A stretch of DNA of 64,000 nucleotides from Chrysomallon squamiferum (lineage: Eukaryota > Animalia > Mollusca), in NCBI GenBank assembly GCA_012295275.1, contig CM022673.1:4464001-4528000 (forward strand). Reading direction: 5' to 3'. Position numbers and translations under genes: made by a program. The notes below the pieces were generated by a model. That model was not told where the DNA came from, made no database searches, and saw nothing but the letters and a program-made list of their open reading frames with translations. The stretch's first letter is position 1. Each line of letters begins with the position of its first letter. Positions 1-13,278 of this stretch are shown one piece after another.

Positions 1-525
1 TAAATTCTTTATTTGACTGCATACATATTTCTGTTGTTGGGAGATTGTTTATGAATACAGTATATGGATCCAGATTTACCAATGTTTTATTTTATTTTAT
101 TTTATTTATCTTGACACATTCAGGCTTTAAATTTACCTCAACCCATATTCGTAGCTCACAATTTTTTGTATGGTTTTGCAGCAGTGGGGGGGGGAATGAG
201 AAGTTATTTATTTTATAGTGCAACACGTTTCGTTTACTCTCAGAAGAGTCCCTGCCCATTTCTCAAAGTTTGTTTCCACATCTTTAACTGTTTTGCGACT
301 GATCATCAGTCAACGAACGGTCTCCAGTCGCAATTACCCGTCGAAACAGCAATGAAGTGACCGGACATGATAGCTAACTGAACATCTTTCAACAGTGAAC
401 GAGATTCAGATCGTAAATTCACTCCTATTACAGTCCTGTAAGCACTGATTACGGGCGGCAGAGTAATCCAGATTAGCCAGTATACAGACTTTTGTCAAAT
501 GTGTCAGATACTGTAATCATGTCGG

Positions 526-533
526 TGACGTCA
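526..533. promoter_or_regulatory. Perfect CRE palindrome TGACGTCA in an upstream CpG-rich patch (about 225-540)
   Basis: Exact CREB/ATF consensus about 3 kb upstream of the ATG. Function is not shown. Confidence 0.4.
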
Positions 534-1311
534 GAAAAGGAAACAAACATTAACACTTTAGAAAAAAGTAAAGAAGAAGAAAATGGGGGGGGAATAGGGG
601 AAAGAAAGAAAAGAAAAGAAAAGAAAAAAGAAAGAAAGAAAGAAAAGAAGAAGAAAAAGTGAACGAAAATAAAAAATAATCTATTTACAGTATTATTATA
701 TCAGTTATATCCTTTGTGACCGACCTGTACGTGAGAATGAAATAATAAATAAAATATTTATCTTTTTTTCTTCTAATCTCTTAGGCTCAAACGTGTTGAA
801 AATACACCAGGGTTAACTGCCTAGCAATGGGTTCCTACTGAAAGGGGGAGTTAAAATTCATTCCTTGCACAGAGGTAATTATGTTAATAAAATTAAAAAC
901 ATTTTTCTTAATGTGTAACTGTTCTTACTTTTACAGATATTCAAAATATTATTTATATAATAATATTAATAATCTGAAGTTTATGATAGAAAAAATATTT
1001 TTTTATCTTCACTTTTTTCCTTTCTTACTTTGGAATATATGTATTATAAGAAAGAATGAAAAAATATGTGTATGTAAATATTATACATATACATGAGGCA
1101 GGGGGAGCAACCACAGAGCTAGTCTATCATTTTTCTTTTGTTATTCGACATTTATATATTTCATTTATTTATCTATTATAGATTCTCTATAGTGATGTTC
1201 ATACCGCCTTGTTGTCATATCCACCACCATGACACCTCACCATAAACAGTTTTCAATATATTTTTATATTATTTATCATTATTATTATAATAATTATTAT
1301 TATTATTATTT

Positions 1312-1344
<33 letters not shown>

Positions 1345-3517
1345 GGTCTGTCCCCAACACAACGAATATTAAAAAAAGGGGGGAAAAAAAACACACACAC
1401 ACAAAGAAGATGTTTCTTACGTCTTATGTATTCAGTATTAAATCAAATGACAGTTTCCCAGTGCGCTGTGCCTTTTGTGGAATGAAACAGTTTAATAACT
1501 TTCCGTTGCAGGCGGACACCGTAGATTTCACCACATCATTATACCTAGATGTATAAATTACCTTACTACGAAGAGTTCAGTTGCGTCTGACGTAGGCATA
1601 ACTCCGGCAAACGTGGCATGAGAGTTATCTTTAATTCAAGTATATATATCTTTGCATAAACGAAAAAGAAATATCTGGAATACTTCCATGATTATTTTAT
1701 TTATTTTTTTATTTATTTATTTTAATTATTTCTTTCCCATGGCCGCTGAAATTGGCGTGGTACGTGCTGCGGCCATCGCTTCGATAATTCAACCTGCTGG
1801 GATCGCCGTCAAATTATGTTTTTACCAGTTTACAAAATTGTATTTGTATTGTATTTGTATACAAATCAGTCCCGTCATTATAGATTAATATTAAATTTGT
1901 TTACAGATCGAAATAATTAATATTCCTGCCATGATAAATAACGTTCATTCTTTTTAACATCGATACATTTTATCACAGTCGAATTTTTTTTTAATAATAT
2001 TCAGAATTTTTCTAGTATCAGCATTTTAAATTGTTGAAAGAGAAGAGTTTCCCCGAGCTACCGCTAGCAAATTCGCCCCCAGTCTCAGTGGTCCACCGCC
2101 CCACTGTCACATTCGTTCCTGTTTCCTGAATAAAGTAATCTATAACTTTTGCAGGGAAGAAAGCATTGCTTTCTCACATGATAGCATTAATTCTCCTCAC
2201 TAGTGGTTATTTCCCATCCCTACCATTGCGTTATCAGAGACCATGGTTGTATATTATACTGTATATGGGAAGGTCTGTATAAAGCATTGTTTACCGTTAT
2301 CGAAAGAATAGACAACGATAACTAATGGCTTTCTTCTTTCATACAGTCACACGATTGAAACATATAAAAACATATAGCCTTTAATAATTAAATGTCTTAA
2401 TCAGTAATCTTGAGAAGTCATGAAATTACTATTTACTGATTATATTTTTTAGAATTACACACCAATCTTTACTACTAATAAAGTATGACCAAAAAATACA
2501 CTGATGTTGTATTTTTAATTTACAGATAAAACATTCAAAATGTCTGTGTGTGTATATATATATATATATAATTATTCTGATAGAAATATTAACTATGCTG
2601 TTGTTGTTGTTATTGTTGTTATTTACACTTCTGAAGAATGCAAGTTACACAGTAATTTATTTATTTATTTATTATAAATAAATTTAGGAAATGAAAGTAA
2701 AATACAATGTTAATAAATAAATGATATGTAAGAAGTCCAGTGTGTTTCTAAACAAGTGTCCATAAAAAATATTCTACAGATCTGACTACAAAGACCATTC
2801 TGTATAGGCCTACCATTCATATTTTTCAGTTTCATGAAAGCTTATTACTGCCTTACAACACCATCATCGCCATCAGCAACGACCTCTGTGAGTGGTTAAT
2901 TAATTTTGAAGCTATTTGAAAAATGACACGGCTAACCAAAGGATTAAGATAAACCTATTAAAACCGGACACCTCTGTATTGGAAACATTTAACATCTCAA
3001 AATTAATAATATCGTTATGATAATGTTGTTGAAACTGACAAAACCAATAATATGCCGCCGACAAAGACAACACGTTGGTATATATATTATCCACAAGAAT
3101 TTAAAACGGTGTTTTCTAGCGTAATTACAAATCATTTCCAGTCGATGCAATTGTCAGAAAAGCTTATCTCCATCTTTGAAGTAAACGGCATCGAAAGATT
3201 TTTCCATTAGCCTAAAACCCACGCAGATATTATTTTGGCGAGTCCTTATTTACATCGGTGTTTTTGTGGTATTATTCTCCCCCTTCACCACCAACGACCG
3301 TTAACAGTATTTGCGGAGGTGATAACCATCGCGTCATAGTAACGTCACACGCACCTGCATATTTTATACAGTCAGGACGTCACAGCCTCATTAATATTCA
3401 TCAGCCACCTGCCATATTGGTATCTTTCTGTCGCGTGCCAGATTTCTCTTCTAAAATATGTCTCTGTCAATGTGAAAAGGATTATACCCGTTTTGTTTTA
3501 GTCTTGTAAACCAAAAC

Positions 3518-3526
3518 ATGCAGTGA
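3518..3526 (+). promoter_or_regulatory. Minimal upstream ORF (ATG CAG TGA) ending 4 nt before the main ATG
   Basis: Sequence caaaacATGCAGTGAagacATGAGG, with an A-rich start context and out of frame with the main ORF. Confidence 0.55.
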
Positions 3527-3530
3527 AGAC

Positions 3531-3642
3531 ATGAGGGAAATGTCCAAGCTGCTTTTTATTGCGGTCTTGGCGGTGTTCGGCAAGCGAACAAGCTTGGGAT
3601 TCGGAGCGCCGTTACAAACATTATTTCCACTTGGAACCATAG
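3531..3642 (+). CDS. PTPRN2: Coding exon 1 of a probable IA-2/phogrin (PTPRN/PTPRN2-like) receptor-type tyrosine phosphatase; signal peptide
   Basis: Manual translation gives MREMSKLLFIAVLAVFGKRTSLGFGAPLQTLFPLGTI plus one base (G), 112 nt. It has a hydrophobic core (LLFIAVLAVF), ends at a consensus donor AG|GTAAGT (GT at 3643, phase 1) and lies in a CpG-rich patch. The family assignment rests on the spliced exon 2 motif. The symbol denotes the family, since an invertebrate gene would be co-orthologous to PTPRN and PTPRN2. Confidence 0.8.
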
Positions 3643-6482
3643 GTAAGTTGCGACATTAAACAATCGCCATGTGATTTCTGTGTTTACATAGACGCTCGTC
3701 TATTTTTACCTTTTTTTTTTTTTTTAAACTACCGCTTCCGCTTACCGGCCAAATCGTACACTGTCACTGCGTTTGTCGTCTTTTCTCAACACATTCGTCG
3801 GCTATATATAAATTTATTTTTTTGCCCCCATCTATTAAATGTAGCATGTTTATAATAATATGCATATCGGCTTATAAAAATGTACATAATAATCGATGGC
3901 GCGTGCATACAATAATATCAAGAAGGGAGAAAATATTTAATGTGTGTGTGTGTGTGTGTGTGTACGTGTGTACGTGTGTACACATGCGTACACACACACG
4001 CACGCACACACACACATATTAGTGTTTCATATTATTATTATTAGCATAAAAAATATATATCTCATTACTATTGTTATTACTGTAAGTCATGTGTTTTTGT
4101 ATAATAATAATAATAATAAAATAATAATAATAATTATACAGCAGATTTTCACTGAATTTAATGGTCTATACAGTAACAGTAATTATACCGCATATTGATC
4201 ATTTACTTTTCGTAACTGTCAAAACAATAGTAAAATAATAATTGTTATCATTTGTATCATTTGGAAGTTCAGTAACAGTTATTCATACTGACTGTTCTTG
4301 AAAATGATAAATAATAATAATAGTTTTTAAAATTATATTTAATTTATTAACTGAATGAATTAAAAGTAACTTTAAACACTGATCTAAAACTAAATATTAT
4401 GATGTGCAACATTAGTTGATATATTATCTAACTGATTTATAGAATAAATAGATACTAACATGCAACAAATGTAACATTCATGGAGTTTGCTAACATTCAT
4501 GTATGAGTGCACACATATATAAATCATTTACAGATATGCACATACATACATACATATGTATATACATACACACAAAAATACATATATACATAAATACAAA
4601 TATGCATATATAGGTACAAATAAAATAAATACATAAATGCATACATAGATCTATACATATATACATATGTATGCAGATATATAAACATACAAAACATACA
4701 TCTGCACATACAAAAACATGCATATTAACATGCATTATACACCCCTTGCCCCTATGTACATTAACTCTCTTATGCCTATATAAACACAAACACAGACACA
4801 CACACACACACACACACAGAGACAACATATTCATGCTTGCACACATACAAAACACAGTTACTCATACACATATTCTAATAAACTTTTGCAGAAAATACAA
4901 CCAGTATGTAATGTATGATAACAATCTGATAATACTATCAACATGTGTTACACACCAAGTACTTTTACTCTGAATAAACATTATGCAATGCAAATAAACT
5001 CTAACTATGTAATACAAGTGTTAATTTCAATTTACCCAATAACTGCCTTCATATTAACACTGAAACCCTCTAAGCAGTATTAAAAAGAACAGAAAAGAAA
5101 ATAAAAGTAAAGAAAGAAAGAAAAAGGAGAACAAAAATTCACTCACAAAGTCAGAAAAAAAATCAATCTGACATTAGCTGATATAGCCAGGTATCTTATT
5201 AAGAAAAAGTCTTAACTTTGTGATAAATATTAGTTCATTTTATTACATTCTTCAGTGCCACACCTGACATTTCATCTCTTTAGATGATAAATAAGTCTAC
5301 CATTTAGACCGTTTATTTTTTTTTTTTTTTTTTTTTTTCAAATTGTTTAAATGTGTGTTTTTTTATCAGTTTTCTGAAAATACTTGAAATGTTTTGTTCC
5401 AGCCTTTACATGCTGAATGATGTTTAATGTACTGAATGTATTAGCATACATCATTTTGAACTGATATTAAAAAACAACTACAACAATAATAACAAAAATT
5501 AAGTAAAGGAATGATGTGACAGCATGGAGCAGCTGTTAGCCATTAATTCAAATTCTGAGAAGATCCACGTATATTCTTTGAATTGGGTGTGTATATTTAT
5601 GTGTGTGTTTAATTAAAGTGTGTCTATCAATTATATATATATTATTTTTTTCTACTGCTTATATTAAGAACATTTATTTTGAGCAAGTAAAATAATTTAC
5701 TTGAATTATAAACTGTTATCACTATATATCTCAAACTAACTAATGAAGCACATACATAAATACACATACACACTTGTCAATAGATTACTATCTACCATCA
5801 ATATACAGATAACAGGCTGGCACAGGTGTACTGGAGTATGTGTGTAAGTGTGTTTTTTGTGTGTGTTTTTTTACTTAATATTATATGTGTTTCTGTTTTG
5901 TTTTGTTTTTTAAATTTGAGTTTTGGATTTACCAAAGAATAGTAACTTGAGTAAGTATTGTTGTTTTGCTCAAATTAAGAGTGAACAAGGAACAGTGAAT
6001 TTTGAGTTTTGCTCTAATGACAGGATTTTAAGACTAGTTTCTTGTTATTTATTTCTTGCTGAAATGAAGGGATTTGATAACAAAGACATATTATTATTTA
6101 TGAAAGGAATATATACTATTGCTGAAATTAAGAGATACAGAAACCAGTCATACTAAAATGAGAGAACAGAAGGACCAGTATTGCCAAAATGAAGGGAATT
6201 AAGAGTCAGTCTCAGTGAAACTAAGGAACAGAAGGGATATGAGGAAAAACTCTTTCATTTGTATTTGGTGTAAAGACAGATTTTAAGTTTTGGCTTGAAG
6301 AACAGATATAAGGATATGTTTCTTGTGCAATCACTTAACATTTGCTGAAATGAAAGAACACAAGGACATGAAGACAAGTTAATGATTTACACAGTAATGG
6401 AATGTTTATTCCTGTTTTGTTAAATGACAAACTGGACGACAAGTTTCATAACTTCAAGAAATGATAGTTGATGTGCAAATTT

Positions 6483-6795
6483 TGCTGAAATAACATATCA
6501 GAACAAAGTTCATAATGTACTGAAATAACACTGAAACAAGAACAAAGTTCATAATGGACTGAAATAACAGTGAAATGAGAACAAAGTTCATAATGTACTG
6601 AAATAGCAATGATATCAGAACAAAGTTCATAATGTACTGAAATAACAATGATATCAGAACAAAGTTCATAATGTACTGAAACAACAAAGATATTAGAACA
6701 AAGTTCATAATGTACTGAAACAACAAAGATATCAGAACAAAGTTCATAATGTTCTGAAACAACAAAGATACGAGAACAAAGTGTATTGTACACTA
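6483..6795. repeat. Minisatellite, 39-bp unit, about 8 copies
   Basis: Unit about AGAACAAAGTTCATAATGTACTGAAATAACAATGATATC, starting at 6500, 6539, 6578, 6617, 6656, 6695, 6734 and 6773. It explains the two repetitive minus-strand ORFs here. Confidence 0.95.
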
Positions 6796-7354
6796 AAATG
6801 ACATGATGTCAGTAAGTGTGTTTTGCTGAGAGGAAATATTGCATTAAGATTTCAGATTTACGTGTGAATTTTACATTAGTCTGTGCGATTCTGCTTGATG
6901 ATGGATGTCTCTGTCAGGCAAGAACAATTAGAACTGACTCCATATATTACAGTGTGATATGCATCAGGTGGCCAGACGCATTTGACAAAGAATAAAGAAA
7001 TGGTAATGACAATAAAATATAGTTATTAAAGGATTAGTGAATAATATGGTATCCATCACACTGAAATGGTGAGATGTAGTTTATCCGTTATGTTAATAAC
7101 ATACCTGCTTGGTTTCTGACATGAACAAAATGGTAGAATGTTTCTTTAAAAGTATCTTAGTATATATTACTATAGACGGTTGTAAGTGTCCAACTAGTCT
7201 CATTAATTAGTAAGTTGTATATTTGTTGTTGTTAACAGTGATAATGTGTTTTTAGGGAGTTTTTCTTGATTACGATTTCTGTTTTTACTTGTGTTTAATA
7301 ATTTAATACTGTTTATCATCATCATCATCATTGTCAACATCATCATCATCATCA

Positions 7355-7388
<34 letters not shown>

Positions 7389-8307
7389 ATTGATGTTGAT
7401 GTATGAGAGTATAAAAATAAAATGGCTGCTTCTGCTATACAGACTCTCACTGTTATGAATTAGAAGCAATGGATTCTTTATGTAAATATGTATCCACTTG
7501 AAGTTGATCCAACAGGATAATATTAGCTAAAACAAAAAGAGGATACTGGCTGGAACTGAAAATTATTTAAAAAGTCCACAGAGATCATTTGAAAATGTTA
7601 TCTAACATTTATATAAATGTTATCTATGACAAGTACTTAAAAGGACTTAAAAATACACAACTTGAAAAATATTGTGTCAAATAAACAGAATTTTTTCTTG
7701 ACATAAAATAAATTATTTTAAAAAGTAATGTGTTAAGAACTCTTTATTTAGATAAAATTAAAAAAACGTAAGCCAAAGCTGTTACATAATCAGCAGCAAA
7801 TGTGATCTGTCGAGTATGTATTATCTAGGAAATCCTACTTCAGCACCCAAGTGAAAAATTCAGCCATTAAGAAAGAATTTCAGATAAAGAAAAAACAGGA
7901 GAATAAGAACAAAAAGCATTTTGTCATGATCTATATTCCTTTGGGCCATTAATTTTTGATGTGATTAAGCCATCCACAAATTACAGAATTTGGCTCTCTG
8001 TATAATTTTCTATGATTGCAATTCATTGGTAAGGTTTTTACGAGCTACGTAACATCAGATTGTGTGTGGTTACAAGCAGAATTTTAAAAAAAACCACTAA
8101 TGAAATGAAATCTCCTTGGTATAAAATTTTGAGATTGATTTGAAATGGAAATTGTGCTGACTTGACAGTTTAAATCTTTGAAACACATATTTTTGTGTGA
8201 AGGGAGTTAATGAATTTGAAAATAAAATTGAAGTAATAATAAAATTTGCAAAATCTAAGTCGTATTGTGGTTTTAATCAAATTTTCATGGCAGCTGAAGT
8301 GCATTTA

Positions 8308-8480
8308 TTTTATTTTATTTTATTTCAGTTCATTTCAGTTTTTATTTTATTACATTTTATTTTATTTTATTTTATTTTATTTTATTTTATTTTATTTTAT
8401 TTTATTTTATTTTATTTTATTTTATTTTTTATTTTTCATTTATTTTTATTTATTTATTTTATTTTTGTTTTTGTTTTTAT
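8308..8480. repeat. (TTTTA)n pentanucleotide tract; similar tracts at about 19429-19600 and 42695-42760
   Basis: Direct reading of the sequence. Confidence 0.92.
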
Positions 8481-8794
8481 ATAAATATATATATATATCT
8501 TTCTTTTTTGTGGCTTTTATTTTTTTATTTTTAAAGTTATGTTTAGTTTACAGAAATTTAATTTTTTTAATTTTTTATTTATTTTTTATTTATTTTTTTT
8601 TTTTTTGCTGAATCTTGCAAAGCATGAATAAATTATAATTAAATGATATAAATGAATGAATATTAAATATTTTAATATTGCCAGTGATAATAGATATCAA
8701 ATATGCTTTTTAATTTAATTTTTTTATTTTTGTGTGTGTGTGTCTGTGTCTGTGTGTGATAGTTATAACAATATAATAAAAAATCTTATATTGT

Positions 8795-8950
8795 CGGTGC
8801 AAGGGTTACTCTTACAAATTAGCAACAACAATCTTTAATATTCACCTTCTCATGGAATAGAAAACAGCCATCATAATCCAGCATAAATCAGTTCTAGGTG
8901 AAATGGGAAATTGCTACTCTAATGAGGATTGATCCTGCAACCAATCAAGC
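8795..8950 (-). mobile_element. Decayed SINE fragment (same family)
   Basis: GGGTTACTCTT..ATTAGCAACAA.AATCTTTAATATTCACCTTCTCAT core and GGATTGATCCTG (reverse B-box region). Confidence 0.55.
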
Positions 8951-9399
8951 CTTGTCCCAAGGAATCTAGATTGTGGATGATTCTGGATGTGGACATTTTG
9001 TCTAGACATGAGTGTTTGCTAAACACATGGTAATCCATTGACAACACAATGGATTCTTCAGAGAATTTTGAGTCATGGTGTTTTATCAAAATGTGGATTC
9101 TTCTGTAACTCTGGGATTTCTGCAGGATTTGAGGAATGTGAAGAGGGATCTTGGAAATATTTCCTGAAACTGAAGTTTCAGTCTCCAGAAATTGCTTAAT
9201 TACACACTCTATTAAAAACTAGGAGTTAAATTAATTTTATTTATTTATTTTATATATTTCATTTTTTTTATTTTTTATTTCTTATATTTATTTATAAGTG
9301 TATGATAGTGTCAGTGAAAAGTGCAATACAGTTTCCAAGCAATTCATTACCACATTCTGCTTTACATTTTTTTTATTTTTTATTTTATATTTTGTTAAT

Positions 9400-9454
<55 letters not shown>

Positions 9455-11564
9455 AACACACACATACACATATATTTATAATACTGGCCATCCTGATTTC
9501 TTTCTTTGAATAATTATAAATAATATATAGACATTAAAATTTAAAGTTTGTAAAAATTATTATTGAAAATCATATTGTATTTTGAAAAGCATCGTCTTTT
9601 GTTATCTGTTAATTTCAGTCTTGGATAAAATGTCACAGAACAGTTGATGTTTTGATATAAATATTCAGCTATCCTCTTAAAAAAGAAAACATGACAAATA
9701 TTTCAAATCACTGGAATTCAAGAACCCCAAACAGAAAATGTATGAGGAAATATTTGACACCACAATAAATATTAAGATCAGTTGCTGACTGTTGTCTTGT
9801 AACATAATTTTGCTGTCAGGGATGTCAGTGACAGGAAGAACACATCAATCTTTACAAGCTTTCAAAATATGCGTTCATATTTTTCTGCAGATAATTCTTC
9901 TGCAATAATATTTAATGGAAATAGTTGATATGCTTTGAAACATGAGTGAAAGTGGATATCAGACCACAAAACATGACATTCGAATGTCTGAGAAAAATAC
10001 TTAGAACACTGTATCCACATCCATGTCTCCTAGCCCACATAGAGATGACCTATGCACAAATTATTTGCCATCAGGTATTTTAATATCATGAGTAATGGCT
10101 GCCAGTAATTTAATTTGGCTGTTTTCAGTCCTAATGATGTGGCTGCCCAATACAATTATTTATTGGAAATGCATGTTATGTATTATGGATCAGAAAAATG
10201 GTTGTATATTCTGGTTCAGAATTTTTTTTATATATTCCAGTTTAGAGAAATGGTTATTTATTCTGGTTCACAGAATTAGTCATATAATGTGGCTCAGAAA
10301 AATGATTATATACTGGTAACTCTATCAGTCAGTAATTCATACTGAATAAAATCTGCAGTTTTAGCAGATTAATTAGTAATGCAGTCTGTTCTGAAATTTT
10401 AACTCATTTTACCCTGTGTGAATTTCATAAAATCTGAAAATCTCTTAGTCTTTAATTGCTTAATATGTATCCAACTTATATCAGAATTTTTTTTCCTATC
10501 AAGAATCATGTATTCGTTATTTTAGTTACCAAAATTTTACTGGATTTCTTTACCAGTATTGATTTTGATTTTACATTTTTTTGGATTTAAAAAACCCCCA
10601 GTTATTCTTTATAGTCTGTAAAACAGAACAGATTGATACATATTCTTGTAATAATCTTAACAGAAAACAAATTATTATTATTATTTTTTTTAATACATGC
10701 ATACACACATTAATTTATACAATATACATTTATCCATGCATACCTATGATAATATATGCAATTTATATACATCCAAGCATAGACACATTAATATATTCAA
10801 TACATGTATTTACATGCATGTATTAATATTCATATAAACAGCATATGTAACTGGTACTTAAATAATTATGATAAAAACTATTACTGACAAAGTTGTCAGG
10901 AAAGTGGTTTTAAAAAAAAATAGTATTATCTACCAAACAACCCTTTTTCCTTTGTAAAGTGTTTTCCAGCATGTCTAATATTAACAAAAGATTTCACTGG
11001 GGACAGTACACATGTTATTCTGAACAGACTTCTGTTGCATGATTTGAAAGCAGTTGATAGGCATAATGTCTCTGTGGAATATATATCATAATTTGATAAT
11101 GTATAATGTATCATACATTTAAACAAATTATCTATTAAAAAAAAACCCAGTTGGTAACAATAATATGAATAATATTTAGAAATAAAGAGATAATTCTGGA
11201 AATGTTACAGAATACAGTATTGTTAATTTTATTTATTTTCTGTTTTATTCATAAAACTGATTCAAAAACAGAATTATTATTTCACTAATTTTATGGAAAT
11301 TGAAATATTAAATCTAAGAAATTTTAAGATTAATAAACTGAAATAGCAATCAAAATGTACATACACTGTACATAACTGTTACATATGTCATTTGTATTGC
11401 TTTTTTTTTCTTTTCACATTTCAAATGATATCAAATTACCTTTATGACTATATATATAAAAAAAGTTTAAAAAAAAACAATTCGGTTAAATGTGTATATG
11501 TGTGTGTTTTTGTATGTGATTATATTTCTGTATGTGATGATATAGCTATCTCTGTGCATTGTTG

Positions 11565-11600
<36 letters not shown>

Positions 11601-12187
11601 GGTTAGAATATATTAATACTTTTGTGAAAAGACAAAATAAATAGAAATAAAATTATTAAAAAATTGTTAAAATATAACCATGCAAAAATCATATATTGAA
11701 ACGATAATATAAAAAGATATATACTCATGACAATAAATTTCTTGGTCATTTTAGCTCATTAAACATAACATTTAACAGAAATCAGAGTAAATATCTGTCT
11801 CTATGTGCAAAAAAAAAAAAAAAAAATTCCACTCTGCTTTATAGTATAATTTATGAACACAAAAAAATAGAAGAAAAAAAATCTCAGATGTTGAAATGTA
11901 ATATGAGCAGTGATTGATTATTGGTTTTTAATCCACTCTGTTTATTAATTAAAATATCAGATACATGATGTCGTACTAGCTGAAGCAATTAATGGTTTTT
12001 TTTTTTTTTTCTTGTTCCTTTTTGTTTTTTTAATCTAATTTTTAACTTTTATAAAATTTTACTATTGAAAATCCAGTGTTATCAAATAACACATACAGAT
12101 GCACATAGACACATGTATGCATATGTATATTCATAGATACATTTATTCCTACATTCATTCCTACATTCATACACATGCAAGTAACAA

Positions 12188-12218
<31 letters not shown>

Positions 12219-13183
12219 TAAATCTAACAATAAATTAATAGTTTACCATTTAATTTCAAGAACAATTTCAGCAAAATTTCTATATATTAACCAAACTGAA
12301 CACCTACAGAATTATGGATTTTTTTTTTCTACTTCCAGCTTCCGTCCTTGAGGCAAATATATTTACAAGCAGTTTTCTGTCTCTTAGTCATTTGCTTCTG
12401 TGGGCAGATGATGAGAGACCTCAGTTCTAATTAGAATGTCTGTTAACTTGAAATTCCTCTGGTCTGAACATAACAACACTGATTGCTGCTTCTCCAGTTA
12501 ATTATTTTATTTTATTTTATTTTATTTTTTGGCAGGTCAAATTTACAGTATACATGGAATTTTATTTAATATTCCCCTTTCAATATTACCAATATTATTT
12601 AGATTCCTCCTTTAGTATTATTTAGTCCTTTTTTAAATGGGTACCCTACCACTACACTACTTCTAACTTCTTTTTCCCCATCATTGCAGAGAAGAATTTT
12701 TATTTCAGAATAAGAAGTCAACCAAATATATTAGAAGGCTGTATATAAATTATTGAACAAAATGGGTGTTTTGTTGTCTTAACAATTAGCAGCTTTCAGA
12801 GAGCAGAGATCTAGTTCATTGAATTATGTTGAAAATTATTGTAGTCATAGAAACACATCATCAAAGCATAGGTTGTGTGAATAACTAAGCTATTTTGGTT
12901 TTTCTCTCATAATATTATTTAAGGTGATTGAACCCATTCAATTTATTTTATTTTATTTTTATTTTTTTCTCTTTTCATTTCTTCATGTATATTTATCTCC
13001 TTTCCTCTGTCTTAATTTTATTTTTTTTTTATTTTATTTTTTTTTTGAACCTTTTCAGTGTCTCTTTTTTTCTCAGTTTGTTAAAAAATCTTTGCTGTTG
13101 TCCCTTTTCCCTTTATGAATCTTCCTAACCCTTCTTCTTTCTCTTATTTTGACTTTCACTGTTCTTTGACTAACTTTCACTTA

Positions 13184-13185
<2 letters not shown>

Positions 13186-13274
<89 letters not shown>
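13186..13274. repeat. (CT)n microsatellite
   Basis: Pure dinucleotide run. Confidence 0.97.

Positions 13275-13278
<4 letters not shown>

Larger units (their letters stand above)
3050..3910 (+). promoter_or_regulatory. CpG-rich promoter/first-exon region with clustered CRE-like sites
   Basis: CpG density is visibly high around exon 1 and falls sharply after about 4000. Motifs are CGTCA (3332-3336), TAACGTCA (3340-3347), E-box CACCTG (3352-3357) and GGACGTCA (3375-3382). Confidence 0.6.
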
